DNA of 64,000 bases from Mesorhizobium sp. (GTDB lineage Bacteria > Pseudomonadota > Alphaproteobacteria > Rhizobiales > Rhizobiaceae): contig JAEULZ010000016.1 in the NCBI GenBank assembly GCA_016793485.1, forward strand, positions 155,837 through 219,836, written 5' to 3'. The notes beneath the pieces are model-generated. The model was not told the DNA's origin, did no database searches, and saw only the letters and a program-made list of their open reading frames with translations. A program made the translations under genes and the position numbers. Shown one piece after another: positions 36,859 through 46,161 of the stretch. Position 1 is the first letter of the stretch, and every line of letters begins with the position of its first letter.

Positions 36859-38067
36859 CTATCCCTGCGGGTTCGCTGTTTTCTTCCTGAACTGTGTCAC
36901 GTTGCCGGCCTTCACGGCGCCGACGTAACCGGCCCACGCCGTCATCAATTTGCGGCGCTTCTCCAAGGCGGTCGCCCGCCGGTAAGCGTTCTCTGTGTCA
37001 TCGCCAACCTTGTGCGCAAGGGCGGCCTCCGCGACCTCCCGCGGAAATGAGGTTTCGTCGCCAGCCCAATCTCGGAAGCTGCTTCGAAAGCCGTGGACCG
37101 TGAAATCCACCTTCATGCGCCCCAAAAGATTTTCCATGGCCATGTTGGACAGCGGGCGTCCTTCCTTCTGGCCGGGAAACACCCAACCGTGCTTGTCGCG
37201 GACCTCGTGAAGCTCTCGCAGGATTGCCACGACGCGAGGGACAAGCGGGACTTGGTGTTCCTTGCCCGCCTTCATGCGCTTCGCAGGGATTACCCACAGC
37301 GCGGCGTCCAGATCGATTTCGGTCCAGCGCGCGCCCAGCACCTCCCCAGAGCGACATGCTGTCAGAATAAGAACCTCAAGGGCCTTCGCTGACATGGCTG
37401 CACGGTCAAGCCGCCCAACGAATGCCGGAACCTGTGTATACGGCATTGCCGCATGGTGCCCGCGCTGGAGCTTCTGACGGGGCGGGAGAACGTTCTTGAG
37501 ATGGCCGCGCCACACGGCAGGGTTTTCCCCGGTGCGCCAACCCTTCGTCTTTGCGTAGTTCAGAACGCGCTCCATGCGCCCGCGCAGCCTGGAGGCGGTT
37601 TCGTTCTTCTCATTCCAGATCGGCGTAAGAATGGACAGCACGTCGTCTGTCGTCACGAGCGAGACGCGGCGGTCGCGGATCGGGCTGCAATACTCTGTCA
37701 GGGTCATACGCCACTGGTTGCGGTGCTTATCGTTGCGCCACGACCCGCCCATGGATTCGAGAAACCTGTCAGCGCACTCACCAAAGGTCGGCTCCGCTTC
37801 CTTGGAGCGCTCGGCGATGGGGTCACGGCCGGCCTGTACCTCTGAACGACAATCCGCCGCCATAGTGCGCGCGGCCGACAGCGTGACGGCGGGATAGGAG
37901 CCCAAGCCCATTTCACGTGGAACACCGCCACGCGTCCAGAGAAAGACCCATGCCTTCGATCCGGACACGGAAACGTTGAGGTAAAGCCCGCCGCCATCGC
38001 CGTAGCGCCTGGGCTTCTTCACGCTCTTGACCTGCATGTCCGAAAGCTTGTTCAGAGGGCGGGCCAT
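36859..38067 (-). CDS. P4-type tyrosine integrase of element 1
   Basis: DGGGLYL arm-binding domain, LTACRSGE, HGFRSSFRDW, ALAH, AYRR. Confidence 0.96.
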   Translation of the reverse strand: MARPLNKLSDMQVKSVKKPRRYGDGGGLYLNVSVSGSKAWVFLWTRGGVPREMGLGSYPAVTLSAARTMAADCRSEVQAGRDPIAERSKEAEPTFGECADRFLESMGGSWRNDKHRNQWRMTLTEYCSPIRDRRVSLVTTDDVLSILTPIWNEKNETASRLRGRMERVLNYAKTKGWRTGENPAVWRGHLKNVLPPRQKLQRGHHAAMPYTQVPAFVGRLDRAAMSAKALEVLILTACRSGEVLGARWTEIDLDAALWVIPAKRMKAGKEHQVPLVPRVVAILRELHEVRDKHGWVFPGQKEGRPLSNMAMENLLGRMKVDFTVHGFRSSFRDWAGDETSFPREVAEAALAHKVGDDTENAYRRATALEKRRKLMTAWAGYVGAVKAGNVTQFRKKTANPQG

Positions 38068-38070
38068 GGC

Positions 38071-38197
38071 TTCCCCTGTTTCTTCCCCTGTTTCATGGCC
38101 GGATTATAGCGAACGATGGCGAACAACTACAGACGCAATTTCGCGGAAGCCCTTATATTCTGCGCTCGTTCTCGGATGTCAGCGAACTACGGCGAAC
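38071..38197 (+). repeat. att arm of element 1: arm doublet plus phased repeats
   Basis: 23-bp doublet 38071-38093; (A/G)GCGAAC at 38108/38118 and 38181/38191. Confidence 0.75.
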
Positions 38198-38211
38198 GCT
38201 AGCTGGTCGGA

Positions 38212-38225
38212 CTCCTTCTCCGCCA
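38212..38225 (+). repeat. att core copy 2 (junction of elements 1 and 2)
   Basis: CTCCTTCTCCGCCA. Confidence 0.93.
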
Positions 38226-38360
38226 GAACCTTCCCCTATCCATTTGGAATCATTGCGAATTAAGGATAGGGGCGAATATTTACCCCACTTCTTATCCCAA
38301 ATCGGTTTTTGCAGGGTCCGGCCATCCCACACGGCCGACTCCTCATTAAAATTGTAATCG

Positions 38361-39560
38361 TCAGGCCGGCGTCACGCTTGCGCCCGACCGGGCAAGCCGG
38401 GCCAGCAAAACTACGAGCGCAACGTTGACCAGCGCCACGGCAAACAGGACGCCAAGCATAGCGCCTTCGCCATACCCGATCAGCACCGCGCCTATCGACG
38501 GGGCGGCGGCTTGCGCGATCTGGCTTGGCATTGCCAGCTTGCCCATGAGGGCGGCGTATCTTTGCGGGTCGAACAGCACGAGCGGAAGCGCGCCGCGCGC
38601 AATGGTGTGAATGCCGTTGCCAGCGCCGTACAGAATCAGCGCCAGCGCGGTCAGTGGCAAGCTGAACAGCAAAAGGCCCAAGCCCGATGCGAGCAGGATC
38701 ACCGACGCAAGCATGGTCCAGACGGGATGATGGCGGTTGCGACCGATGGCCATTTCGGCAACCCGTGCGCCGACCTGTGCGGGACCGATCAGCGCGCCGA
38801 GGGCGACGGCCGTTGCAAGGTCCAGCCCGCGCGCCTGTAGCACCGCAAGCAGATGGACCGAGACCATGGAGGCAATCAGCGCCGCCAGCGTCAGGACGAG
38901 CGCCAGCAATGCGAATGCCCGTCTTTCCCTGCCCGTCGTGGGCACTGTAGCGCGCGGCCGGTCGGTCGGCCGGTCAATCATTGGCCGGGGAACCGAAGGG
39001 ACCGCGAAGAGGTGAAGCGGCAGACAGATGAACAGATGAATCGCGGCATAGCAAAGACATGCGCCGCGCCAGCCGTAAGCCTCCACGAGATAGGCGCTAA
39101 GCGGCCAGCAAACCGTGCTTGCGAACCCGCCGAAGAGCGTCAGCGTGGTAATGGCGCTCCGGGCCTTCGCGCCATAGAGACGGCCCAAAGTCGAAAAGCC
39201 GGCGTCGTATAACCCGGCCGACATGCCCAAGCCCATGAGCAGCCAAGCGGACAGGAAGACGGGATATGTGCCCGCCACGGCCATGAGCGTCAGCGCCGAG
39301 GCAAGCAGGACCGAACTGGCGGACAGGACCGGCCGGCCTCCATGGCGCTGAATCAATCGGCCCGTGACCGTCGATGCTAGGCCGGCGACCAGAAGCCCGG
39401 CCGACAAGCCGCCGACCACCCATGGAAGCGGCCAACCGGTGTCCGCTGACGTTGGCCCCGCCAGCACGGCCGGGAGATAGTAGGATGATCCCCACGCCAA
39501 TATTTGCGTGGTGCCGAGCGCACCGATCAGGAGCCGCCGTTGCGACGGGGCTTCGCTCAT
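38361..39560 (-). CDS. MFS transporter in ars cluster (ArsK-like)
   Basis: ALGTTQILAWGSSYYL, YDAGFSTL, TLFGGFASTV; ~12 TM; start MSEAP at 39560. Confidence 0.8.
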   Translation of the reverse strand: MSEAPSQRRLLIGALGTTQILAWGSSYYLPAVLAGPTSADTGWPLPWVVGGLSAGLLVAGLASTVTGRLIQRHGGRPVLSASSVLLASALTLMAVAGTYPVFLSAWLLMGLGMSAGLYDAGFSTLGRLYGAKARSAITTLTLFGGFASTVCWPLSAYLVEAYGWRGACLCYAAIHLFICLPLHLFAVPSVPRPMIDRPTDRPRATVPTTGRERRAFALLALVLTLAALIASMVSVHLLAVLQARGLDLATAVALGALIGPAQVGARVAEMAIGRNRHHPVWTMLASVILLASGLGLLLFSLPLTALALILYGAGNGIHTIARGALPLVLFDPQRYAALMGKLAMPSQIAQAAAPSIGAVLIGYGEGAMLGVLFAVALVNVALVVLLARLARSGASVTPA

Positions 39561-40231
39561 ACAGCGCGTGTTGCCGGGCGCAATAACCAGCCGGCCGCGA
39601 TCAGCGCCAGAAGCGCCCCGGCCAGTTGCGCGATGACGAATGCCGGAACGTCGGTCGGACGGATGCCCGCGAACGTGTCGGTGAACGCCCTTGCGACCGT
39701 CACGGCCGGATTGGCGAAGGACGTGGACGAGGTGAACCAATATGCAGCGGTGATGTAGAGGCCGACCAGCCAAGCGACGTTGGGGCGCGCCACCCGGACG
39801 GCTATCAGGATCAGCGCGACGAGGCCGAAGGTTGCCACCCCTTCGGAGAACCATTGCGGCCAGCCGCTTCGCGCCGTCGTTCCCACTTCAAGGATTGGAA
39901 GGTCAAACATAGCGTGCGCCACCATGGTCCCGGCAAGCCCGCCAAGCACCTGAAAGGTGACGTAGCCGGCAAGCTCTCCCATGGGTAGCTCGCCGCGAAA
40001 CGCGAAGGCCAGCGACACGGCCGGATTGAAATGTGCGCCAGACAACGGCCCCAAGACCGAGATTAGAACGGCCAGCGCCGCGCCGGTCGCAATGGCGTTG
40101 CACAGGAGCGCCAATGCAACGTCATCGGTAAGCCGGTCGGCCATGATGCCGGAGCCGACCACGGCGGCGACAAGCAAGCCCGTGCCCGCGCTTTCCGCCG
40201 CCATCCGGCGCGACAAACTGAACGTGTCCAT
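39557..40231 (-). CDS. aquaglyceroporin (AqpS-like arsenite channel)
   Basis: SGAHFNPAV and SFANPAV NPA motifs; in ars operon. Confidence 0.9.
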   Translation of the reverse strand: MDTFSLSRRMAAESAGTGLLVAAVVGSGIMADRLTDDVALALLCNAIATGAALAVLISVLGPLSGAHFNPAVSLAFAFRGELPMGELAGYVTFQVLGGLAGTMVAHAMFDLPILEVGTTARSGWPQWFSEGVATFGLVALILIAVRVARPNVAWLVGLYITAAYWFTSSTSFANPAVTVARAFTDTFAGIRPTDVPAFVIAQLAGALLALIAAGWLLRPATRAV

Positions 40232-40758
40232 TATCCGGCTTTGGGCGTGGTCGCGGTGGTGCCTTCCAACTGCCCAATGCCGCGCAGCTTCGCGCCGAGC
40301 GCCATGCGGTCAATCGACGCCAGCGGCAAGGACAGGAAGGCGTCTATACGGCTCTTCATGTATCGGGCGGCGAGGCTGAAAGCCCGCTCCTTCTCAATGT
40401 CGGTGCCCTCCACGGCGGCGGGGTCTTCAATGCCCCAGTGCGCCGTCATGGGCTGGCCGGGCCACACCGGGCACGCCTCGCCGGCCGCGCTGTCGCAGAC
40501 GGTGAAAACGAAATCCATCACGGGCGCGCCGGGAACCGCGAACTCGTCCCATGCCTTGGAGCGGAAACCATCTGTCGGATAGTCCAGCGCGCCAAGCACT
40601 TTCAGCGCGAAGGGATTCACCTGTCCCTTGGGCTGGCTACCAGCCGAAAAGGACCGGAAGCGGCCGGCTCCGTCCTTGGCAAGAATGGACTCGGCCAGAA
40701 TGGAGCGGGCGGAATTGCCGGTGCATAAGAAAAGCACGTTGTAGGTACGGTCAGTCAT
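40231..40758 (-). CDS. arsC: arsenate reductase, LMW-PTP type
   Basis: VLFLCTGNSARS, VCDSAAGEACPVWPG, HWGIEDP; start MTDRTY at 40758. Confidence 0.93.
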   Translation of the reverse strand: MTDRTYNVLFLCTGNSARSILAESILAKDGAGRFRSFSAGSQPKGQVNPFALKVLGALDYPTDGFRSKAWDEFAVPGAPVMDFVFTVCDSAAGEACPVWPGQPMTAHWGIEDPAAVEGTDIEKERAFSLAARYMKSRIDAFLSLPLASIDRMALGAKLRGIGQLEGTTATTPKAG

Positions 40759-41194
40759 GGGAAGCACCATTGGTTTGACGGACGAGAAGAGAAGCTGACG
40801 ACGGACAAAGCGATGCGGCCTGTCTTGAGGCCAGGATTTCCGCTGGAGCCGTCGCGCGTTCGGTTTTGACGAAGCCGAGCCGCTGGAAAAAGCCGGCTGC
40901 GGAGGTTGTGAGGAGATAGACTTGGCGCACTCCGTCGCCCGCCAGACGGACCAACAGCGCCTCCGTGATGGCTTTTCCCGCCGCCTTGCGGCGTGCATGG
41001 GGCAGGACAACAATTGAGCGGAGGAGGGCGTTGTCCCCGTATCGCTCATAGCCGCCGAACCCGATGGTTTTGCCGTTGACGACAAAACGGAAAAAGACGC
41101 CGGGCGAATCGTCCAAATCGTCCACCGGAAGGTCAGCGCCCGCAAGCGCGGCCCTCATGTCCCCGGATGGTGATGGAAGCGCCTCCGCGATCAT
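40751..41194 (-). CDS. ArsN-family GNAT acetyltransferase
   Basis: ADLPVDDL, ALLRSIVV, YLLTTSAAGFF, QAASLCPSSA. Confidence 0.8.
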   Translation of the reverse strand: MIAEALPSPSGDMRAALAGADLPVDDLDDSPGVFFRFVVNGKTIGFGGYERYGDNALLRSIVVLPHARRKAAGKAITEALLVRLAGDGVRQVYLLTTSAAGFFQRLGFVKTERATAPAEILASRQAASLCPSSASLLVRQTNGASHD

Positions 41195-41535
41195 TGGAGG
41201 GCCTTTGGCGAACAGCATGGCGCGGAAGCGGCCGGCGCACAGATTTCCGGCCGACCGGCGCAACAATCCTCCATGAGGAAGCGGATAAGGCCGGTCAGCG
41301 AATCGAACTCGGCGGAATAGACGATGGAGCGGCTATCGCGGCGCGCGCTGACCAGCCCGGCGCGCTCAAGCTCCTTCAGGTGGAAACTGACGTTGGACGG
41401 CGACACCTCTACCTGTTCAGCGATAGCGCCAGCGGCCACGCCATCGGGGCCGGCCACGACAAGCAGCCGGAGGATGCGCAATCGCGTTTCCTGTGACAGA
41501 GCGCCGAAAGCGGTTAGGGCTTGACGTTCATCCAT
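41191..41535 (-). CDS. arsR: ArsR-family repressor
   Basis: ALSQETRLRILRLL, SFHLKELERAGLV, C-terminal EDCC...EIC. Confidence 0.93.
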   Translation of the reverse strand: MDERQALTAFGALSQETRLRILRLLVVAGPDGVAAGAIAEQVEVSPSNVSFHLKELERAGLVSARRDSRSIVYSAEFDSLTGLIRFLMEDCCAGRPEICAPAASAPCCSPKALQ

Positions 41536-41536
41536 G

Positions 41537-41554
41537 TTTCAATATTCCTTGAAA
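41537..41554. promoter_or_regulatory. probable ArsR operator
   Basis: TTTCAA-TATTCC-TTGAAA palindrome in the 42-bp gap between divergent arsR and next gene. Confidence 0.6.
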
Positions 41555-41577
41555 TATCGAAATGAGGATTAGCCGAC

Positions 41578-42093
41578 ATGCTCGCGACTGACAACAGCAA
41601 AATTGACGACGTGACGATTGGGCAATTGCTGACCGCCTTGGCTGCGCGTCCCGATGCCCGTCTCGTGTTCCATTACGATGGTCGGGCGGTGAAGCCCGGC
41701 TATCATGTCACGGAGGTGAAAGCCGGCCAGTTTGCAGCGCTGGACTGTGGCGCTAACCCGGAATCGTGGACGGAGATATTCATACAGCTTTGGGACGTGA
41801 ACGAAGGCGAGCGGACACACATGCCCGCTGGCAAGTTTGCATCGATCATACGCAAGGTGTCCGACCACGTGGCTTTGGACCCGTCAGCCAAACTGACGTT
41901 CGAGGTGAGCGACGGGGTAGCGCCCATGCAGCTACACCGGGCAAGCTCTCCGTCCATCGCAGGTGACGAGATACACGTTGATCTGTCTCCACGTCCTGCT
42001 AGCTGCAAGCCTCGTGACCGATGGTTGGTAGAGCAGGCCAAGGCCGATGCGTGCTGCGGCCCCTCCAATGCCAGCGCCAAGTGTTGCGCCTGA
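41578..42093 (+). CDS. ars-cluster-associated Cys-rich protein (DUF6428-like)
   Basis: PGYHVTEVK, LDCGANPESW, ASCKP, C-terminal CC...CC. Confidence 0.7.
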   Translation: MLATDNSKIDDVTIGQLLTALAARPDARLVFHYDGRAVKPGYHVTEVKAGQFAALDCGANPESWTEIFIQLWDVNEGERTHMPAGKFASIIRKVSDHVALDPSAKLTFEVSDGVAPMQLHRASSPSIAGDEIHVDLSPRPASCKPRDRWLVEQAKADACCGPSNASAKCCA

Positions 42094-42260
42094 TAGAAGG
42101 CATGGACTTGTTGAACATGAAGGCCCCACCGGCAAAGCGGAATGATTTTCTACAAAGCGATTGAAGCCGGGTGGCCTGTGAGGCGTTGAGTCGATGCGCT
42201 CGGCGGAACCTTGATCGTTAACGCGATTGCTAAAACTTTACGGACTTTTCGGCCGCGAGC

Positions 42261-42442
42261 GGGTCCTCCGGCCACAAAATTCGCAATACGGGGCGGCGAA
42301 GCGGCGGTGTGGCTCCAGCTACAAGGTTTTTATTCGGCCGACTCCCCGACCGCGCTCGGCGTTAACAATTCGGGCGCTCCGCGCATGACCGGAAACCATT
42401 TCGGCAACGAAATGAAATCGGTCGGTTTCAAGGTCGGAAACC
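42261..42442 (+). other. lambda-type cos site (cosQ, cosN, possible cosB boxes)
   Basis: GGGTCCT at 42261-42267, 23 nt, then GGGCGGCGAAGC at 42291-42302 preceded by TACG; CGGAAACC at 42390 and 42435, GGTTTC at 42424. Confidence 0.75.
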
Positions 42443-42562
42443 GGAATGGTTTTGCGCGCCGACCCGTCCCTTGGTGGTGCCCGTTAATTATCCCTCTTCG
42501 TTCGATCTGCGTTACGTTCGCCGTCAAGAGTACGATGCGCTGCGCAAGCGCTAGCCAAGCGC

Positions 42563-42744
42563 TGCGTAGCGTACTCTTATTCTTAAGGCACTCTCACCTA
42601 ACTCACGCAGACAAAAAGCCCGGAAATCCGCCATTTCGGGCATTTTGCGTGACGTTGGCAAAATCGCCCCAAAAACGTAACGCAAAGCCTGTTTGCGTGA
42701 GGTGCGTGAGGTTGTGCGTACCGTAAAATGGGCAACGTTACGCA
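42563..42744. repeat. TGCGT(G/A) iteron-like cluster, candidate origin
   Basis: TGCGTGAG at 42694, 42703 and inverted at 42602; TGCGTGAC 42646; TGCGTA 42563, 42715; inverted copies at ~42677 and 42737. Confidence 0.6.
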
Positions 42745-45020
42745 TCCCGAATGGTCTCCGCCTCGGTGTCCTCTTCGGTCTGGAAATCGGGATTGAGTGC
42801 CCACACGTCGATCTCGTTTCGCTGCGGAGTCTTCCATTTCACTTTGATGATGGACCCCTCGTTCTCAAACGCGGCAAGCCATCCTTCGGCCTGCTTTTCG
42901 GTAATGTCGAAACGCTGCGACACGGCCACGTTAAGGCGGGCTTCCCGTCTGCCCTTGGAGGACGCCTGCCACGGCACATACTTGCCGTCATCGCCCTCGC
43001 GCCCGTCATCGATCATGCGGAGGAATTGTTGGCGGTTAAGCCAGCGCTTCGGATCATAGAAGCCCTCGGCGCTGGCAAGGTCGCGCCATATCAAAGACGG
43101 GCGCACTTCGCCGTTGCCGACCTCAAAATCTACAAGCTCCATCCACCGACCGCCGCTCTTCTTTGAGTAGTTCTGTTTGGGGTCGGTGAAGAGGGCATAT
43201 TGCTCGCGCGGACGTGGCGGCTTCAAATCCTTGTATTCGGATTCGGTCATGCCGCTGATCGTGGCGGCTACGCGGCTGGCGTCCACCTTCGCGGACGCGC
43301 CACGGATGGACGCTTGGTCACCGCCGCTACCGCCCTTCTGGAAATGATCCACGGTCAGGATGGCGCAAGGGTGTCCATCGGTGAGCGAGCGGAGGATGGA
43401 ATAAAACTCCTCCATGTCGTCATTCTCCGATTCCTTGAATCCTGTGCTGCCCTTGATGACAGGGTCCACCACGACAACACGCACGTCCCGATTTTCGATG
43501 GCCCACCGGACACCGCGACCGAGCTTCGTAAGCGCGGTCTTTCCGGTCTTTATGTCCTTGGTGGCCAGACGGATGGTGCGCTCGCCCCAAGCCATGAAAC
43601 GGTCGCCAAGCTCCGCGCGGTCAATCCCCATGGCCTGACATGCGGCGGACACGCGGCGCTCAATCTCGGGAACATCGTCCTCGCCCGATATGACCAGCAC
43701 GCGAAGCGGCGTCGGTGGCGGCTCGAACCATAGGAACGGTTTTCCGCTGGCAATCATGGCCACCATGCCCCATGCGAAAAGGCTCTTGCCCGAGCCGCCC
43801 TTTCCGCCAAGCGTGGACACCTCATTCTCAAGAAGTATGCCCTCGCAAACCCACCGTGTCGGTGGGATGGAGGCAATGTCGCACTGGCCAATGGGCGTCC
43901 AGTTTTTCTCGAACCACGCGCCCCAATCAAACGGGCCGTCTTCGCCTGTAGGTTCGTCCTCCAGCCACTCCGGGTCAACCTCACCGAACTCGGCGTCCCG
44001 TTCCGCCTTTACGATGGCAAGGGCGTTGCGGACCTGACGCTCGGCATATGCAAGCTGATCGGCGGGCGACGAATGCTTGTCAGGATCGAGCACAGATTCC
44101 GAAATACCAAATTCCTGGCCTAGCAGAATCCACAGAATCTGTTCGGGCACTACGCCGTGCCGGACGAGATTGCAGACGCCGTCGAACAACCATGCGGAGC
44201 GCGAGTCGTCGCCCTCTTTCGACTCTGGCAAGCGACCATCCATGACGATGGTAAGGGTACGCTCGTCCAGCCCGAGCGCCTCCACGTCGCATTCCTCCGG
44301 CGCTCCAAACTCAATGTCCACTTTGGCCTTTGCGGGCGCGACGACGTGGCCGAACTCGTCGGACGCATATGCATCGCCATTGCTCGAAAGAAGGCGTGTC
44401 GGAACGATGGTACGCCCGCGCTTACGCTTACGCGCATCGGGATGATTGATCGTGCCGGGCAAACGGAGGAGGTGGTCAACATTCGCGCATTGCGGTTCAC
44501 CCCCCGGATACTGACCGGCAAGCCAACGGTTCGCGCCCTCGACCTTCTCGATATTCTCCGGCGTGGCCGGAAGCGGTTCGGCAAGACGCCATAGAGCTTG
44601 GAGACCTCCGCCAGAGTCGACCAGCAACGTCGGTGGTGTCAGGGCGTCAAGCTGATCGCGCACCATGTCCTTGCGCCGGGCAAGCGATATGTCGCCAAGG
44701 CTGTCGGCCTTGTCCACGTCGATATCCGCATGAAGGAACTCGAAGACCGGAACATCGCCCTTGTGGGCACGTCCAGCTTTGCCGGTCGGCTTCGGAGCGG
44801 GATTGGGCACATAGTGCAGATTGGCCTTGCCTGCCCTCTTCTCCATCCATGCACGGGCTTTCGCCGCGTCGGTGAATGTGGCCGAGGTCACAGGTCCGTC
44901 CGGTGTGATCGCGGTCAGGTTCCACGGTCCCTTGGGACGGAGGGCTTTTAGAAAAGCGATGGCCGTATCAAGGTCGGCCTTTGGAGGATTCACGTTCATG
45001 TTCATGTCAAAGTTTCCCAT
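42738..45020 (-). CDS. primase-helicase fusion (RepB-type primase plus AAA_25/RepA-like helicase)
   Basis: HADIDVD, VDSGGGLQALW, LLRLPGTIN; Walker A GGKGGSGKS, ISGEDD, VVVVDP, TVDHFQK. Confidence 0.88.
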   Translation of the reverse strand: MGNFDMNMNVNPPKADLDTAIAFLKALRPKGPWNLTAITPDGPVTSATFTDAAKARAWMEKRAGKANLHYVPNPAPKPTGKAGRAHKGDVPVFEFLHADIDVDKADSLGDISLARRKDMVRDQLDALTPPTLLVDSGGGLQALWRLAEPLPATPENIEKVEGANRWLAGQYPGGEPQCANVDHLLRLPGTINHPDARKRKRGRTIVPTRLLSSNGDAYASDEFGHVVAPAKAKVDIEFGAPEECDVEALGLDERTLTIVMDGRLPESKEGDDSRSAWLFDGVCNLVRHGVVPEQILWILLGQEFGISESVLDPDKHSSPADQLAYAERQVRNALAIVKAERDAEFGEVDPEWLEDEPTGEDGPFDWGAWFEKNWTPIGQCDIASIPPTRWVCEGILLENEVSTLGGKGGSGKSLFAWGMVAMIASGKPFLWFEPPPTPLRVLVISGEDDVPEIERRVSAACQAMGIDRAELGDRFMAWGERTIRLATKDIKTGKTALTKLGRGVRWAIENRDVRVVVVDPVIKGSTGFKESENDDMEEFYSILRSLTDGHPCAILTVDHFQKGGSGGDQASIRGASAKVDASRVAATISGMTESEYKDLKPPRPREQYALFTDPKQNYSKKSGGRWMELVDFEVGNGEVRPSLIWRDLASAEGFYDPKRWLNRQQFLRMIDDGREGDDGKYVPWQASSKGRREARLNVAVSQRFDITEKQAEGWLAAFENEGSIIKVKWKTPQRNEIDVWALNPDFQTEEDTEAETIRDA

Positions 45021-45089
45021 GATTGCGGCGGTCGGATACGCTCATGGGAAAAGCGCACCGACCGCCATTCGGACTCCCCCAAGCCCGAA

Positions 45090-45524
45090 CTAGTGTTGAG
45101 TCTGCCCCTCGTGCGGACGGCTGACGTAGGCCAGTTGATCGGGAAGCCATTTGACCTCACCGAAGCTCGGCCGGATCACCACGGCAAAGACCATGTCACC
45201 CGGAAGAAAGAAGCTTGCGAAGGGATTGGGCGGAACACGGATAACGTGGCCCCGTGAACCTACACGCGCGCGCAAGTCGTCCATGTCGTAAGGATAGCGC
45301 TCCGCGACGACTGCGGCCGGTCGGCCTTCACGCGTCAGGAAAACGTCCCGGTGCGGCCATGGTCCGCCCCTCCAATGGGCAACCTCCAAGCCATTAAGCT
45401 CGGCCCATTCCGTTATGAGCGTGCGGCGCAAGGCGTGGTCGGCACGTATGGCGCTATCGACCTGATCGCCCGTCGCGAACTCTGAACTCGGATGGCCATA
45501 TAGGCGGTTCGGAATCTCATTCAT
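45090..45524 (-). CDS. hypothetical protein
   Basis: 144 aa in operon upstream of primase. Confidence 0.6.
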   Translation of the reverse strand: MNEIPNRLYGHPSSEFATGDQVDSAIRADHALRRTLITEWAELNGLEVAHWRGGPWPHRDVFLTREGRPAAVVAERYPYDMDDLRARVGSRGHVIRVPPNPFASFFLPGDMVFAVVIRPSFGEVKWLPDQLAYVSRPHEGQTQH

Positions 45525-45637
45525 TACGCAACTCCTGTTCGTTGAACTTTGGGTGGACGCCCCCGCACCAAGACGGTCGTGGAGGCGGGAGCGTCCTGTC
45601 CGGGGCCAAGAGCCGGATGACCCCGGAATGGTGATCG

Positions 45638-45877
45638 CTAGTCGTCGCGCCGACGTTCCTTGACGGCCTCGGCAAGGACGATTCCATGAGCGAGAATTGC
45701 CGCTGCAATCGCATTGCCATTGGTCGCGGCGAGCGCGGCCTCATAGGCATATCCGGCGTTGACGCAATCGACCGGGGAGTCGGTGTGGGTCGCGGCCTCC
45801 ATGCGCGCGGCCGGCCCGATGTAGGTCTCGGTGACGCCGGGCAAGTGCTGCCCGTTCTTGCGATGAAACGCGATCAT
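45638..45877 (-). CDS. small hypothetical protein
   Basis: MIAFHRK start overlaps upstream stop (ATGA). Confidence 0.5.
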   Translation of the reverse strand: MIAFHRKNGQHLPGVTETYIGPAARMEAATHTDSPVDCVNAGYAYEAALAATNGNAIAAAILAHGIVLAEAVKERRRDD

Positions 45878-46161
45878 GACCGGGCCTCGATTCCGTGATC
45901 GCGACAGAACGACAGAAGGCCGTTCCACCATCCAGTTCCGCCACGCGATTCCACGTGACCGTCCGTCATCGCTATGCCGTCCGGCAAAGGGTCGCGGTCG
46001 GCCAGCGGCGTACCGTCTTTCTTGCGATGCCAGCGACCGCGAAGGACGATGACCTCCTCGCGCTCCAGCCGGGCGGCACCGGCAAAGTTGGTGCGGACGT
46101 ACAATGCAGTGCCCCGGAGCGTTCCCGGCCGAACGACCGGGAGGAGGTGGTCGCGCGTCAT
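45874..46161 (-). CDS. small hypothetical protein
   Basis: MTRDHL start overlaps upstream stop (ATGA). Confidence 0.5.
   Translation of the reverse strand: MTRDHLLPVVRPGTLRGTALYVRTNFAGAARLEREEVIVLRGRWHRKKDGTPLADRDPLPDGIAMTDGHVESRGGTGWWNGLLSFCRDHGIEARS

Larger units (their letters stand above)
16894..38225. mobile_element. integrated element 1, phage-satellite-like, ~21.3 kb
   Basis: flanked by 14-bp att cores; tyrosine integrase at distal end; Xis-like, replication, TerS-like, ejection-like and defence genes; no capsid, portal or TerL recognised. Confidence 0.88.
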
